DNA of 64,000 nt from the human T2T-CHM13v2.0 reference genome, Homo sapiens (GCF_009914755.1 NC_060929.1); one strand, 5' to 3'; positions 29,994 through 44,252 are shown, numbered from the stretch's first letter. Notes: generated by a model from the letters alone, not told the origin. Made by a program: numbers and translations.

Positions 29994-32226
29994 TGATGGT
30001 CTCATGTAGTAGCAGTGACAGTCAACTACAAATGGTGCCTGAACAGGGACATTTCAGAGACTATCAGGGACATACAGAGACCTGAAAGGACCTGGAGGGA
30101 CCTGAAGAGGCCTGCAGGGATAAACAGAGATAAGTGGAGGTAAGTAGAGAAAAGTAAGTAGAGATAAGTAAGTAGAGAAAAGTAGAGATAGGTAGGGAAA
30201 GACGGGGACTTGCAGGAACTAACAGGTACCATAGGGACAGACAGAGACAGATAGGAATAGATAAAGACTAGCAATATAAGGTCAGTGCCCTGAAGAGGTA
30301 CTGGTCTGTGTCCTAAAGAGGTACAAAAGTAGAGACTAGCAAAGACTAGGAGAGATTTGGAGGAACAGACAGGGACAGATAGGGACAGATAGGGTCCTAT
30401 AGGACTAGAGCGAGGAAGGTCTGCTGGAACAGAAAAAAACTAAAACCAACTAGATGAACGAGAAAGCCCATTACAACTCTGTTGGCAGCGACATAAGGTT
30501 AGTGCTCTAAAAAGGTACCGGTCAGTGCCCTAGAGGTACAAAGAATGGGAAGTTTTTAAAACAGGGAAACGAGGAAGAATTTGGCTATTTCTTTTCTCTT
30601 TTTTGTTTGTTTGGAGTTTTGGTATGTACCATCTTTTTGTTATTTAGAATTTTTTGCCCCACCTACAGTGCCTATCGAAAATGGTGAACAGAAGAGGGAG
30701 AATGAAAATTGCCTTGTATCGTCTTCTTTGGTGGCTACAGAAAGGCTAACTTTAGCTTTGGCTTTCATGGATTGTAAACGTGCACTGGCACCTGTGAGAT
30801 GTGCAGAGGACTTGGGAGGCTTTCTCAGAGCTTGTCAAGATGTGGGAACTGAGCTTCATTGCTCTGCAGTATTGACTCAGGCAATAGCAAATTTGGTGGC
30901 TGACAGATCTAAAAGAAGCCAAGGGTCAAGCCCTAAAGTGGGAAAGTGTCATAAGTGTAGAAAACTTGGACGTTTCAAAAGAGAATGCCGTCAGACCTCT
31001 GTGAACAAGAGATCTTGTAACATAGTCCCCCTCTTAACAGAAAAAAAATGCCGGACTTTGCCCTCGATGCAATAAAGGAAATCATTGGGCTAATCAACAC
31101 CACTCAAAATTTCATCAAAACGGCACCCCCCTGTTGGGAAGCAAGAAGGGGGCCTGGACCCGGGCACCTCAAACTATGAGGGCGTTCCCTGTCCAGGCCA
31201 CAACTCCGTTTCAGGGGTGGGTTTCCAGAGGCACATGGATTCCCTCTCCCCAGGAACACCTGGAAACGCAGGATTAGATCTCCCAGAGAACCAATTACAT
31301 TAAATGAAAGAAACAAACTCACTAAGATTCACATTGGTATTTGGGGATCTTTGCCAACAAGATACATGGGATTGATTTTGGTAAAAGCTGTCTTAACTTA
31401 CAGGCCCAGGAGTTGTTGATTTTGATTGTGAAGGAGAAATTCAGGTAGTGGTAATGTCACAAGATCTTTGGGTTTTTGAACTGGGAGAATATGTTGCTCA
31501 ATTTTCGCTTCTTCCCTGTAAATTGTACCCTTCTCCACATAAGAAGAAGCGAGGTGGTCAGGGATTTGGAAGTGCAACTAGGAGAGAGATTTATCTATCA
31601 CCACCCATAGCATCTAGTGGACCCACCTGTACAGTGCAAATTGAAGGTTTAAGGATTGCTTTTTGCTATACTGTTTTACGAGAAGGATAAGCCTCGATTT
31701 GCTTTCTCTGTGCCGTGTGTTAATCAGAAAGAGCCTGCTTCTTGTTCTCAGTGGAAAGTTTTACCCCACGGCAATTAACCAAAGAGGCAGAAGCTGAGTT
31801 ACAAATGTTTCAGCAATGGCGTGCCTCCCGGCTACAGCAAAAAAAATAAAAAATAAATAAAAAAGAAAACACTTTTGATTCTGTTTGGTAGATTTACTAA
31901 CGTGGGGACGAGGGTATACTTACGTCTTTGCAGAAGATGAACAAACCGAGTGGGTGCTCCCAAGGTGTGTACGACCGTTGAACAGGAGACTGGAGGGACC
32001 CATGGATCCCAACCATGGACCTTGTTCCCCCGGTATGAACCATGAACCAGTTGAATCTGAATGCAAAGATGGAATGAGGACCACTAGAAGCAGGGAGCTC
32101 TCTTCTTCCCCATGCTAGCCTTTCCTTAAAACAGTTTCTTTTGTTTTTTGTTACCATTTCTATGTTCGTCTCTTCATTCAGTCTAGTAATGACGGTCTCA
32201 AGTAGTAACCGTGGCAGTCAGCCACA
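29994..32226 (+). mobile_element. Heavily deleted HERV-K (HML, betaretrovirus-like; possibly HERVK14C/LTR14C) provirus
   Basis: tRNA-Lys PBS TGGTGCCTGAACAGGGAC at 30033-30050; Gag zinc knuckles (CHKCRKLGRFKREC; CPRCNKGNHWANQ); dUTPase motifs PGVVDFDCEGEI and RGGQGFGS (31406-31575); RT fragment RFAFSVPCVNQKEPASCSQWKVLPHG; integrase C-terminus LLTWGRGY; homologous 37-nt U5 ends at 29994-30030 and 32190-32226. Confidence 0.88.
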
Positions 32227-32934
32227 CTTAAATCTTAATGCTTTTGAATTCTAGAAGGAACTCAAAAAGAGACAAACAAGTCAGTCATAGTAGTAATACA
32301 TGGAGAATGAATTGTGAAATCTAAGAGACTGAATATCATGTCAAGCATAAGCTTTTTCAAAGCAATTAAACTGGGCTTTTAATGACATTACTTAGACTTT
32401 CCAGACAAAATGTGTAACAATACAGCTAATTTTAATAAAATGACTTTGAAATCCCCAAACTCAAATATAATCTCATGAAGTAATTGTTTGTGATAACACC
32501 TTAATATGTTTTATACCATCATTATGAAAAACAGTGCAAGAGAAAGGAGAAAAAATTCTTTATTGTGAGTTAAAAACTTTGAAACCTAAGTCAATCATTT
32601 TTATTGTTTCAAGAAATATTTCCCCACGGCTACTTTAGTAGCAAAATCAAAGTCAGGAGCCCAGGCTTCTGTAAACAAAGTTTAATTGTATCCCCTCCCC
32701 CTTTCTTCTCTGTCTCATAATTTTCTCAGTACTTTTTAAGGGGCGAGAGGCATCCCCATGAATGACGCTGTTATAGGTTCTAAGGCAGAGGATGTGATGA
32801 TGATGATCTTTGGGAAACGGTGAGGTGAATGTTGTCCACGAAGCTGCTTTCTAGTAGGGTGTCTGTGGGAAACTATACCCTTTCTGTGGGGTCTTCTGAA
32901 TGTAGCTAATACTATTTTTGTTTGGGCTGGAAGT

Positions 32935-33702
32935 TTTTTATTATTATTGTTTTTACACTTCAAGTTCTAGAGTACATGTGCATAACGTGCAGGTTTGTTA
33001 CATATGTATATATGTGCCGTGTTGGTTTGCTGCACCCATTAACTCATCATTTACATTAGGTATTTCCTCTAATGCTATCCCTCCCCCATCCCTCCACCCT
33101 ACGACAGGCCCCTGTGTGTGATGTTCCCCGCCCTGTGTCCAAGTGTTCTCATTGTTCAATTCCCACCTGTGAGTGAGAACATGCGGTGTTTGGTTTTCTG
33201 TCCTTGTGATATTTTGCTGAGAATGCTGGTTTCCAGCTTCATCCAAGTCACTACAAAGGACATGAGCTCATCCTTTTTTATGGCTGCATAGTATTCCGTG
33301 GTATATATGTGCCAGATTTTCTTAATCCAGGCTATCGTTGATGGACATTTGGGTTGGTTCCAAGTCTTTGCTATTGTGAATAGTGCCTCAATAAACATAT
33401 ATGTGCATGTGTCTTTATAGTAGCATGATTTATAATCCTTTGGGTATATACCCAGTAATGGGATGGCTGGGTCAAATGGTATTTCTAGTTCTAGATCCTT
33501 GAGGAATCGTCACACTGTCTTCCACAATGTTTGAACTAGTTTACACTCCCACCAACAGTGTAAAAGTGTTCCTCTTTCTCCACATCCTCTCCAGCACCTG
33601 TTGTTTCCTGACTTTTTAATGATCGCCATTCTAACTGGTGTGAGATGCTATCTCATTGTAGTTTTGATTTGCATTTCTCTGATGACCAGAGATGATGAGC
33701 AC
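32935..33702 (-). mobile_element. L1PA (PA5-7-like) 3' fragment
   Basis: Antisense 3'UTR and ORF2 C-terminus (ORF 33156..33398 MFIEALFTIAKTWNQPKC). Confidence 0.93.
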
Positions 33703-34875
33703 TGTTAAGTTCTATCCTCTCCATATGTCCATGGGGCTGTTGGAAATATTCTTTTTCTGGGCTTCATGCTGTGCCCAGAGCATTTCCTTTTTCCTTCTCC
33801 TTGTTAAGGCAAGGATGCATCTGTTTTCATAAGGTTTGTGATAAAACAACACTCAAGTTTTGCAAGTTACATGATTGTCATCATCATCGCACTAATTTTT
33901 TGTGAAATATGCATTTTAATTACTTCCAAGAGGGTTTATTTCTAATGAAAAAAATTAAACAATAAATAATTTTAGACTTACCCCATGCAAGAAATGACAA
34001 ATTCACTGAAGCAAACATGTTTAGGCTACACTGTATACAATCTACAAATTGCCTGCTCAGTCTCAGTTTCTTGCATATATTTCTCATACATCTAAATGTT
34101 AATTTCCACACTTCTGTCTCTCTGAATCCCTGGCAAATGGCAATGGCTAGTGACTTTGCATTCACCTATCAGAAAAACATGAATCCGGACACACTTCCGG
34201 GAGCGTGGGACGTGGTAGGAGTTTACTGGATAATAGGAACTGATATGTTATTTTGAGAGTGCTAAAATTCTCCCAGTGAATGTAACTTTGCCTATATTTT
34301 ATATAACTTATTGGTTTTGGTTTGATAATTAAAAATATCAAAATTATCCTGGGGCAGGAGCCAAGGATGGTATTATACAGTGAGAAGTGAGTCCCACATG
34401 TCAGTCTTGTCATTTTCTTCCTCAGATAAAGTGCAGAATTTTGTCATCAGTAATATGAAAGAGAGATTTTACAGAAAAATTGCCAATTTTTGTCCATGAA
34501 GATGAGGGCAATATGCTAAGTATCAACGGACTAAAAGATGGCATATATTTTTTAGTGGGACATCCATGCAAGACTGCATTTCTTACCTGTTGACTATTAC
34601 AGTAAATAGAAAATAATTATTTTAATTAAGCGACTACAATTTAGGGCATTTGTTGTAGAGATTTACAAATGTTTCACATTGCTTGACTTCAGGGGGCGCC
34701 ATTTTTACATCATCCATTTCTAATAGCATGGCCAAGAGTATACTCCAAGTAACAAATGAGGTATAGCATATGAGACAAAGTAGAAACACTTAAAGGGTTA
34801 AAGAAATTTTCACCCGTATCTCTATGATGCAAAGTAAAGCAAAAGACAAAGAAACAAGCAAAAAAGAACAAGTGG

Positions 34876-35137
34876 TCGCCAAGCTGGACTGCAGTGATAA
34901 AACCATGGCTCACTGCAAACTCCGCTTTCTGAGCTCAAGCAATCCTCCCACCTCAGCCTCATGAGTAGCTGGGACTACAGGTGCCCACCACCACTCCTGG
35001 CTAATTTTTGGGTTTTTAGTAGAGACAGATTTTTGCCACATTGGCCGGGTGGGTCCCAAACTCCTGAGCTCAAGCAATCCACCCACTTCGGCCTCCCAAA
35101 GTGTTGAGATTACAGGCATAAGCCACCACACCCGGCC
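34876..35137 (-). mobile_element. AluJ lacking a normal tail
   Basis: gccaagctggactgcagtg...ctcaagcaatcc...cacccggcc. Confidence 0.9.
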
Positions 35138-35639
35138 GCTGCATTTTTTTTTAATGGGAAATAACAAGCATATTCATTACATATAAAATGATATATTTAG
35201 AAATTTTGTAGGCTTTATAAATTCTGTTGGATAATGGAAAATTTTTTATTGTATTTTTTGTGTATGAGAACATAATGTTATAAAGTAAAATGTACATAGA
35301 GGGAAATGGGATTGTGAGGATAGTAACCATAGGTGAGGAGATGGATGAAAGAAAGGTCTTACACTGCTGTAAGGAGCTGTTACTATATCTTCTTCATATT
35401 TTTATAAAACATATCTTATTAGAAGACTTAAGTTACTTATTTTTTTCTTGTATGTATATATTCACCTCCATTTTGAAGGCTATTAGTCTGGGAAACCTAC
35501 AAGAACATTGCCGTAGGGAAGCTCAAGTATGTTAACAACAACAAAAATAGTTCTGTGAATGCCTTTACATAATATAAGGTCTACATATTCTCTCTAGATC
35601 TGTGCGCCGTAAGACTGGATTTTGAAAAGCTGAGGCATA

Positions 35640-35990
35640 GACTGATAGCTCTTTACCACACTTGTTTTTTCTTCTTTCTGGATACATAGCTTGGCTATAT
35701 TTCCATGCAACTGTGTCCCGGTTAATGTGTACCACTTTTAGAGGGTGGTACATATAAATGTTTCTTCCAGTTCTTTCAACATGTGTCATTTGAAAAAGGA
35801 GAACTCTGAAGCCCTCTAGGAAGTTGGAGCTACAATACTGGAGGCCAGTTTCCTGAATTACTCCCTGGTAAAAGCCACCCAGACAAGAAATGCCTTTATT
35901 TGAATGTTATTAATGAGAAACACATTTTAAACTTTCAGCCACTTTAACTTTGAGGATTGTTTGTTAAAACAGCTGGTGTTACCCAAACTG
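35640..35990 (+). mobile_element. Old MLT1 (I/J-like) LTR
   Basis: ctatatttcc...tgagaaacac...gccactt...gaggattgtttgtta..acagc. Confidence 0.55.
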
Positions 35991-37205
35991 TTATAGGAGT
36001 CTACTAAATATCATTTCATTTTTTTCCCTTCTCAAACTCAGAATGAATTGGGAGATAGCCGTGGGCATTAAAACTGTTTCAAGAAGTGCAACTTAGCGTT
36101 CAGGGCTGACCTCATGAGCTTCCAGAGACATCAGAGTAAGTGACCCTTATTCTAGTTTCGAAGCTCTGTTCTAGTTCTAAGCATGCAAATAAATTTTAAG
36201 CAGGATTTCTTAGCCTGCAGGAGCTGAGGATGATTAATAAGTCCTGCTGTTATGCATAAATGCACTGACCTATACTGTGCCCTTCAGTCAAATTGTATAT
36301 TGTTTAATCGTGATAAATGAAGTGCACCAGGCACAGATAAGCTAGTCCCTGGAGTATGTCCAGATACACCTGAAAGAAGAATGACTCAAGCTGGGTGTGT
36401 AAAGCTACACTTTGGAGGATAGAGCTTCCCACAGGTGCAATGGAACTCTCACTTCTCACTTGCTCAGAAATTATGATCTGCAGTGTGAGTCTCCCCTGGT
36501 AAGGAAACGTGTCCAGCTCCTTGAAACATGTTCTAGAGAACAGCATTCATTACCCTCCCATGAACTTAAACATGCTTCTTGGCTCCTGTGCATTTTAGGT
36601 AAGTAAGCTTTGATTTCCCCAGGTGGTGTCGGTGTCTAGTCTTTTCATAAACTTGCACTTACTATTAACATGGAGAGGACATCCACAGGCCGAGATACAT
36701 TGCCATGTCTTGCATTAAAAGCAAATGAACCTGAAGTTTTTTTGTAAACAACTTACGAAGTTTCATTTGATTTGATTTGATTTTTAATAATTCCCTGAAT
36801 TGCTGTGATAATTAGAGTAGTGAATTCATTTCTGGTATGTTTTAAAAGTAATTCAAGGAAAATAATTTTGCAGAATCCTGATTTAGATAATATGAAGAGT
36901 GAATAGGAAAATGATGAAATTGTTGCTGCTTTTTACAGAGGCTTAGAATCATGGAAATCATTTGCTTTCAGGTATAAAAGGGAATAATTTCATTTTCTAC
37001 TTTTTACTTTAAATTTCTGTTATCTATGTCTACATGCTTCTGTCCATTTCTTCATAGTTTGTTTTTTAAATAATATGCTTCTACCATTCTCTGAAAGCTA
37101 TTTTAATTTTTCAGCTTGAATATAAATTGGTTGATACTGGCTGCAAATTATTTTTGGTATTCTAATTTGTCTATTTTTCTTTTTCTTGAAATGGAATAAA
37201 TAAGC

Positions 37206-37207
<2 letters not shown>

Positions 37208-37255
<48 letters not shown>
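37208..37255. repeat. (CA)24 microsatellite
   Basis: Direct reading. Confidence 0.98.
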
Positions 37256-37259
<4 letters not shown>

Positions 37260-38617
37260 CCCTAAACAAACAAAAAAAATCACACAGCACCAGCAAACTA
37301 CTAGGATTTACTGTAGGATAAAAGCTCTACATGGCCCTGCATACAAACTTTCTGCATACTTCTGCAAATTTTTATGCATTACTCAATCCATTAAAAATCA
37401 CCTTGGAAGAAATTGCAAACACAATAGAAACTAAATGAGATAGTCACAGAGAACAACAAAAATAGTAATTTAAGCTCCCATACAACATCAAGTGTGTTCA
37501 GTCTATTTTTGGTTCTTCGGGTTCTCTTTAAAATTGAATTGAGTTTGTATATGCATATGTATGTAGGAGTGGAGGATGGAATTAATTATCCCAAACATCC
37601 TACACTCACTCCTCTAATATTTCTTTTGTTAACATGCAAATCTGTTCTCTTCATTACGGTGATACTGCATTTACATTACAACACAATTAGAGATCATTAA
37701 CTTTCTCCTTTATAATCAGCCATTTTCACAGGCCTTTGATATACAAGCACCTATAATATATTCTTACTCATCTCACACTTTCATTTACCAAAGTGTCAAA
37801 ACAACATTTTTACATCATTGATATTTGTTTTAGTTTCTGCAAGCTGGCTGTTAGAAGATGATTACTTCTCTTAAATTACCTGTTACCCTCATCTTGCTAT
37901 CTTTTTAAAAGGAAAGAAAAAGCACTATAAAAATCAGACACTTTGGGTTCTGAACCTTTTATTTTGTGTGAAAAGATACTTATTTATGTATGCTAAATCA
38001 CACTGATGCGGAAGACAAACTGGCTCTTCGTTATTTTTTTTTTGGCACTTTATAGAGGAAATGTGTGGAGAACAGATCTTTCCTAAGGTATTATATTCAT
38101 GTGCCTTAAAGATTAAGAATACTCAATGCGCCAAGAAGTGCTATATACCAGAAAAGTTTGTATCAATTAATGTATCTAAATTAAGTTAAAGTTTCTTTCA
38201 ATTTAATGTGCTTGCAGATGTAAAATTGCATGTTTAAGTTTTGCAGTTATGTACTAAATCTGGTGCTACACTTCTAATGTCTAAAGGTTTTATTCAATTT
38301 CAATTTATTTGTTTTATAGTTTGCCAGAATGTGCTTATGAAAGGCACTCTCAGTCATAAAAATAAAATTATAAGCAGACTGGCACGTAACTATTTTTTTA
38401 AATAATAAACTTTCTGATTTTAGAGACTTGTATTCTTTTATAGGTCCTGGTTCTCTTTCACTCTCTGACCTATAAGAACCCATACAGCGTGCATTGCTGT
38501 GTATGGAAAAGCAGTAAAGGGAAGTACAGCCACCTTTTAGGTCCCATGAATAGCAAAATCCCTTTGACTAATCTCTTGTTTCAGGGTATGTCCACTCCTT
38601 GTTTAAAGAATGTAACT

Positions 38618-38914
38618 GGCTGGGCTTGGTGGCTCACTCCTGTAATCCCAGCACTTTGGGAAGCCAAGGTGGGCAGATTACAAGGTCAGGAGTTTAAGAC
38701 CAGCCTGGCCAATATGGTGAAACCCCATCTCTACTAAAAATACAAAAATTAGTCGGCCGTGATGGTGGGTGCCTGTAGTCTCAGCTACTCAGGAGGCTGA
38801 CTCAGGAGAATTGCTTGAACCCAGGAGGCAGAGGTTGCAGTGAGCCAAGATTGTGCCACTGCACTCCAGCCTAGGGGACAGAGTGAGACTCCATCTCAAA
38901 AAAAAAAAAAAAAA
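38618..38914 (+). mobile_element. AluS
   Basis: Full dimer; TSD aaagaatgtaac. Confidence 0.95.
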
Positions 38915-39873
38915 AGAATGTAACCACACTCAATAGTCACTAGCACATTGTTCTGAATAGACTATATACTGAAAGATATCTGCTGGATATAGAATGACCT
39001 CAGGAAAAAGTCTAGACACTATAATCCATCTCACTTGCCAGCATTTAGCGACCTTTCAGCTTCATTACTGACTTTCACCCAGTGTCCCTCAGGTGAGTGA
39101 CTTGAGTCCTCTTTCATAATATTTGGCAGGAGAAAAGATGAGGTCATTGCTCCATCAATCCCGTCATGTCATGTCTGCTCATGTGTCATAGCTTATAAAT
39201 AGTCACATGGTTCTGTCCAAGTGCAAGGGGGGCATTGCAGGTAGAGGTCCGTCTCCATGTGCCTTGAAAAGAAAATAACCAAATATCAGGGGAAAACAAT
39301 AATATGAGCCATAGTGCCTGATATATACTATGACATCATAGAGATTTAATGAGTATTAATCAGGATTCAATGGCTGCAGGAGACAAACAGTTTCACAAAC
39401 GAGGGCAATTAACTGGCTCATAGGCAATATCTCAAGAAAGGTGGGGTATTGTTATACTTCATGTGTTGCAGAAACATAGATGCTCCAATTTTACATGTTC
39501 TTTCTGTGTATGTAACATTCTTTGCCTTCTGGGTCTCAGCTTTATCTCTCAGGTTAACGTCTGTCACAGCTGTAGAGATAGTCACTGTCAATTCCTAGTT
39601 TCACAGTCTCCCATTTTCCAACGGAGTCTTACTCTTTCTTTGTTTCCAGTTCAAATGTATTATTGAAGAATCCTGGTTCTTAATTTAGCTTCGGGACCTA
39701 TTGAATCAGTCTGTGGAAGCTGGAATAATATGATTAGGGCAGCAGAAATGAAGAATGCTTCTTTAGACCAATCACTATGTCCATGAGGCAGACTAAGGAC
39801 TACATGACCCTAATAAATTCTAATTTCTAGAGCTTCTTATCTGGATCCTGAAGCAGTTTCGGCCTTTATACTA

Positions 39874-40307
39874 TGAGAGACTGAATACACTAACAGACAA
39901 TGGTGGTTCCACACACAGAAAATCAACTCTGACCTCTGCAGCAACCAGTCTGCAGCGATTGGTCCAAATGCTTAGGAATTGGTGGGTAACTTCCAGCTTC
40001 CCTAAGTGTTTCCCTCCAGCTTCCAATTTAGAACCAACCAGAGAATGCTAATTATGCAGCTTCACCCATCAAATAGGATGTTTTGCTTCTAGTTATCCAA
40101 CCTTTAGATTCCCCATGACAATAATTTCCAACCAGGGCATTCCTGCAGCCTTCTGGTTTTCCCACGATAAAGCTTTCTCACTGCCTGCCTGCCTTTGATT
40201 CGTTGCCATATTGCAAGTGATGGTGGCCAACTCCCTGGCTACAGCAAGCTCTGACTGAATAACCTGTATTTCTTTTCATTTGAGCAGTCTTAGCTTATTT
40301 TTATAAC
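39874..40307 (+). mobile_element. ERV1 solo LTR (MER90/MER110-like)
   Basis: aactctgacctctgcagcaacc, gcttccaatttagaaccaaccagaga, acagcaagctctga. Confidence 0.55.
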
Positions 40308-41965
40308 TATTGAGGAAACGTTGTAGCAACCCTTACACTAAATGAACTTAATTATGCCAAACCTTTACTTACTACTTAAACAAATACTCTTCCAGACAAT
40401 GTTACCAAACAGTGTCCCCTTTGTTGTGAAATCTTGTAGATACTGTTTAATTAGTAGAATCCTCTTACTTTCTTTTCCCTGTCAGTTTTACAGTATCCAA
40501 CTGGTCCCGTGTATGATAGAAAACATTTCTATAAGGTAACACAGTATATTTCAACCCACACTATTACTATTGATGAGATTACTTTGCTATTCACATCTCA
40601 TAACATTAGCAAAAATGCACAAATCTTAAACTGCCTTCTTTTTCCCCTCCAGGATGAAGGACAACCACATATTTAGCTGACAGTGATTCAAACTCTCATC
40701 TTGTCCAAAACTGACTTAAATGGCATAACTTTAATTAACTCTGATCTTACATTATCTGTTGACAGTTTTCACCTAGAATAGAGAAAATTAACCTTGTTTT
40801 GGATATTCTCTTATCTCTGAAGACTCCATCTGCCTGGGTTGCTGAATCAATTTTTGTAACTGGAACTCACAATCCAGCCTGAGGCAAAAAGTGAAGAGTA
40901 TATGAGAGAGAGAACATTTATGTAGATAGTAGACAAGCACTAGAAATTGTGCATGATTTTGGAATGAAGGGCTCTTAGGTTCATTTTCGACTCTTAGCTG
41001 CAAGTATAGAAATTAAAAAGAAAATTAATGTTTTATCTGACTCCTTAAGAAATTATAAGTTAATTTAAACATATCTACTCCAGTGAAATAGAAATGAAAT
41101 CTAAAGTTAATTCTCAGGCATATTGCTTTGCAAGAAATGCTCCTCTTCATAGAAAGCTGCCCAAGTAAACAAAATACTCCCTTACTGTAAACATTTATTC
41201 CTCTTTATGAAAAGTTACTTGTAAAAGAATTTTAACTAGGTATTGAGATTTATTTGACAGTTCAATGATAGCCACTCGGTGGCTCCTAAATCCGTACAAA
41301 TAACATTAGCAATCACACTGTGTGGATCTACCTAAAATACTAAAGGTAACTCAGAATCAGTGTTACTAAGATATCGTGGATGAGTTTGTCTAGAGAAGAG
41401 CAAGCATGCCTTATCTGGAAATTCTGTAACCACCACAATGCTGATTAATCTGTAAAAGTGGGTCAAAACTTTCAACCACTATCACAGGCACTTTAACCCC
41501 CTATAAATGGACATTGTACAAATACCTTAGTCCCAAGGAAACCAATATGTCCTGGAGATTGTTTGTGAATGTCCCTAGTGGAGCAAAGCCTAAGTATAAG
41601 AATCTTTTTGGTGTGTTTTCCCCACCTGGGATCTCCTGTCAACCCTGTCAGCTGAAGGAAGGGCTCATTTTACAAGGAAGTGTTTTTGACGATTTTGCAT
41701 GGTTGTCTTTATCTCTAAAGCATAATTACACTTATAATCTGAAAAGTATATAAAAGATAGAGATATTAAGTTGTTTGTTAAAAATAAGTAATCTGAATGT
41801 TCAGAATGACTTCATCTCCCTTGTTCTATAGTGCTTCTTTCAGTGTTACTAGCCATGTGATCCTCAGCTTTAAATCTTACAGGCTTTTTCTTGTGAAGTG
41901 GTAACTGTAAGAACCATGAACTTGGATCTAGTTACTACATTCGCCAATTCTTCATTTTGTGGTAG

Positions 41966-42170
41966 TTGTTGTTATTTTTCTTTATGAGACAGGGTCCTGC
42001 TCTGTTGCCCAGGCTGATATACAGTGGCATGATCACGGCTCATTGCAGCCTTGAACTCCTGGGCTCAAGCAATCCTCCAACCTCAGCCTTCTGAGTAGCT
42101 GGAACTACAGGCATGCACCACCATACCTCACCATTTTCTTTTTTTGTATATATACATTTTTTTTTCGGTA
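41966..42170 (-). mobile_element. Partial AluJ (right arm)
   Basis: gagacagggtcctgctctgttgcccaggctg...ctcctgggctcaagcaatcc. Confidence 0.88.
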
Positions 42171-42213
42171 GAGAATCAGTTCTTCATTATTAAGTTTATA
42201 AAATACCAGCCAG

Positions 42214-42526
42214 AGGCCAGGCGCAGTGGCTCACGCCTATAATCACAGCATTTTGGGAGGCTGAGGCAGATGGATCACTTGAGGCCAGGAGTTCAAGACC
42301 AACCTAGACAACATGGTAAAATCCTGTCTCTACTAAAAATACAAAAAAATTACAAAAAATTAGCCAGGCATGGTAGTGCCTGCCTGTAGTCCCAGCTACT
42401 TGGGTGGCTGGGGCATGAGAATTGCCTGAACCCAGAAGTCAGAGGTTGCAGTGAGCCGAGATCATGTCACTGCACTCCAGCCTGGATGACAGAGAGAGAA
42501 GCTCTCAAAAAAATAAAAATAAAAAT
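42214..42526 (+). mobile_element. Alu (Sz/Jb-like)
   Basis: Full dimer; TSD ending cagccagag. Confidence 0.95.
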
Positions 42527-43826
42527 ACAGCCAGAGATCGATTTAACTGTTAACTATTATTTGATGTAATTAGCTACATAACTATCATATAATTAAAATT
42601 CAGTATTGAGATGGTTGTCATAGGGACACTTCAAACCAGATTAAGTTTATTTTAAAAGTGAATTGAGAGATTTTACTTTATAAAAAAAAAACCAATTTGG
42701 TTAGTTTGCCATTTAGGCTTCTAATTTTGATCTGAGGCCTGCTAACCCTGGAGATTACACAAAGACTTTGTGAGGCGTACTGCGGCCAGGCAAAGACTTT
42801 TAAAGAACAGGTTTCCAGGTGTCACATTCGAATACTTCTTTCATCATTCTTGCTGTCCCTCTTTCATTTCTTCTTTTTCAAAAGAATTCTTCTCCCACAA
42901 TGTTTCTTTTTTTAAAAGAGAAAAATATATCTCCACTTTTTTTAACTTTACCTTGGTGCTTTGTCCCCAGGTGTTGAAATTTCCAGGATGCAAAACGAAG
43001 GGGCAATTCAAAACATTCATCTCCACTTCTCAAAAGTAAGTCACCTTGATGACTGGGTAACAAAATCTTGCTAATCATTTGTGTTTTTTGTTTTGTTTTG
43101 TTTTGTTTTAGATTTTTAATTACTTTTAAAAATTTGAAGAAATACCTAGTTGAATTGTCAATGGACATCTGCAATTTTTGTTGTCATTCTTCAAAGGAGT
43201 TCAAAGAATCAAATGTCATTGTTATAACAAAGCCCTTCCAATCCTATCCACTTATTTCTGAGAACAAGATTTCTCAGTTCTTAGATCTTATAAAAATAAT
43301 GATATAGGAATAAGAATGATGTGGAACCTGCCACCTTCTAGCAATAAAAAAGGTTCATTTATAAAAACATGAATTTATAGGCAAAACATTAGGAGGTAAA
43401 TTTCAAAAAACGCTTTTGCAAATAATTAAATTTTAAAATCTGTCACATGTTTATGTTTTAATTCAACTTTTAATAAAATTTGAATGTATGGAGGCATTTT
43501 TTATTTTTTCCTCCTTATCACTCTGGGCCATAAAGCTCCACTTCTTTCAGAACATGTGCATGAGATATTTATACAGCTCTTCAGCTAAGGTTACTAATAT
43601 GCAGCCCTGTGATGCCACCAGTTATAATTCTATTACTGCATTACTACTCTTTCAATTAAAAAGAAATAGTAGAAAAAACAAAGCAAACAAACAAACAAAA
43701 GGCAAAATAATTGCATTTCAGAGGATGTCTGTTCCCGTGTAAGGTGCGCCTGTCCTTGCTTCAAGGGGAGTGGGTTACTTTTTTTTAAGTTTTTATATTT
43801 TCAAGATTTGGGGTTTGATACAACCA

Positions 43827-44252
43827 TTTTTTTTTTAACTTTAAATTCTGGGATACATGTGCTAAACGTGCAATTGTGTCACATAGGTATACATGTACCA
43901 TGGTGGTTTGCTGTACCTATCAACCTGTCATCTAGGTTTTAAGCCCCACATGCATTAGGTATTTGTCCTAATGCTCTCCCTCCCCTTGCCCCCCACCCCC
44001 CGACAGGCCTTGGTGTGTGATGTTCCCCTCCCTGTGTCCATTTGTTCTCATTGTTCAGCTCCCACTTATGAGTGAGAACATGTGCTGTTTGGTTTTCTGT
44101 TCCTGTGTTAGTTTGTTGAGAATGATGGTTTCCAGCTTCATTCATGTCCCTGCAAAAGACATGAATTCTTTCTTTTTTATGGCTGCATAGTATTCCATGG
44201 TATATATGTGTCACATTTTCTTTATCCAGTCTATCAATTGATGGGCATTTGG
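43827..44252 (-). mobile_element. L1PA (PA7/8-like) 3' fragment
   Basis: aggttttaagccccacatgcattagg; TSD acaaccat. Confidence 0.93.

Noticed and set aside
30033-30050. tRNA-Lys-related sequence
   Set aside because: An 18-nt retroviral primer-binding site, not a tRNA gene
30050-30420. Short interspersed direct repeats (gggacagata, aagtagaga) resembling an array
   Set aside because: Irregular low-complexity ERV leader with no constant repeat/spacer period; eukaryotic context, not CRISPR
30581-31075. 164-aa ORF, the longest in the window
   Set aside because: Gag remnant with a TTG start, a mutated zinc knuckle and a frameshift at an A-run; not a functional gene
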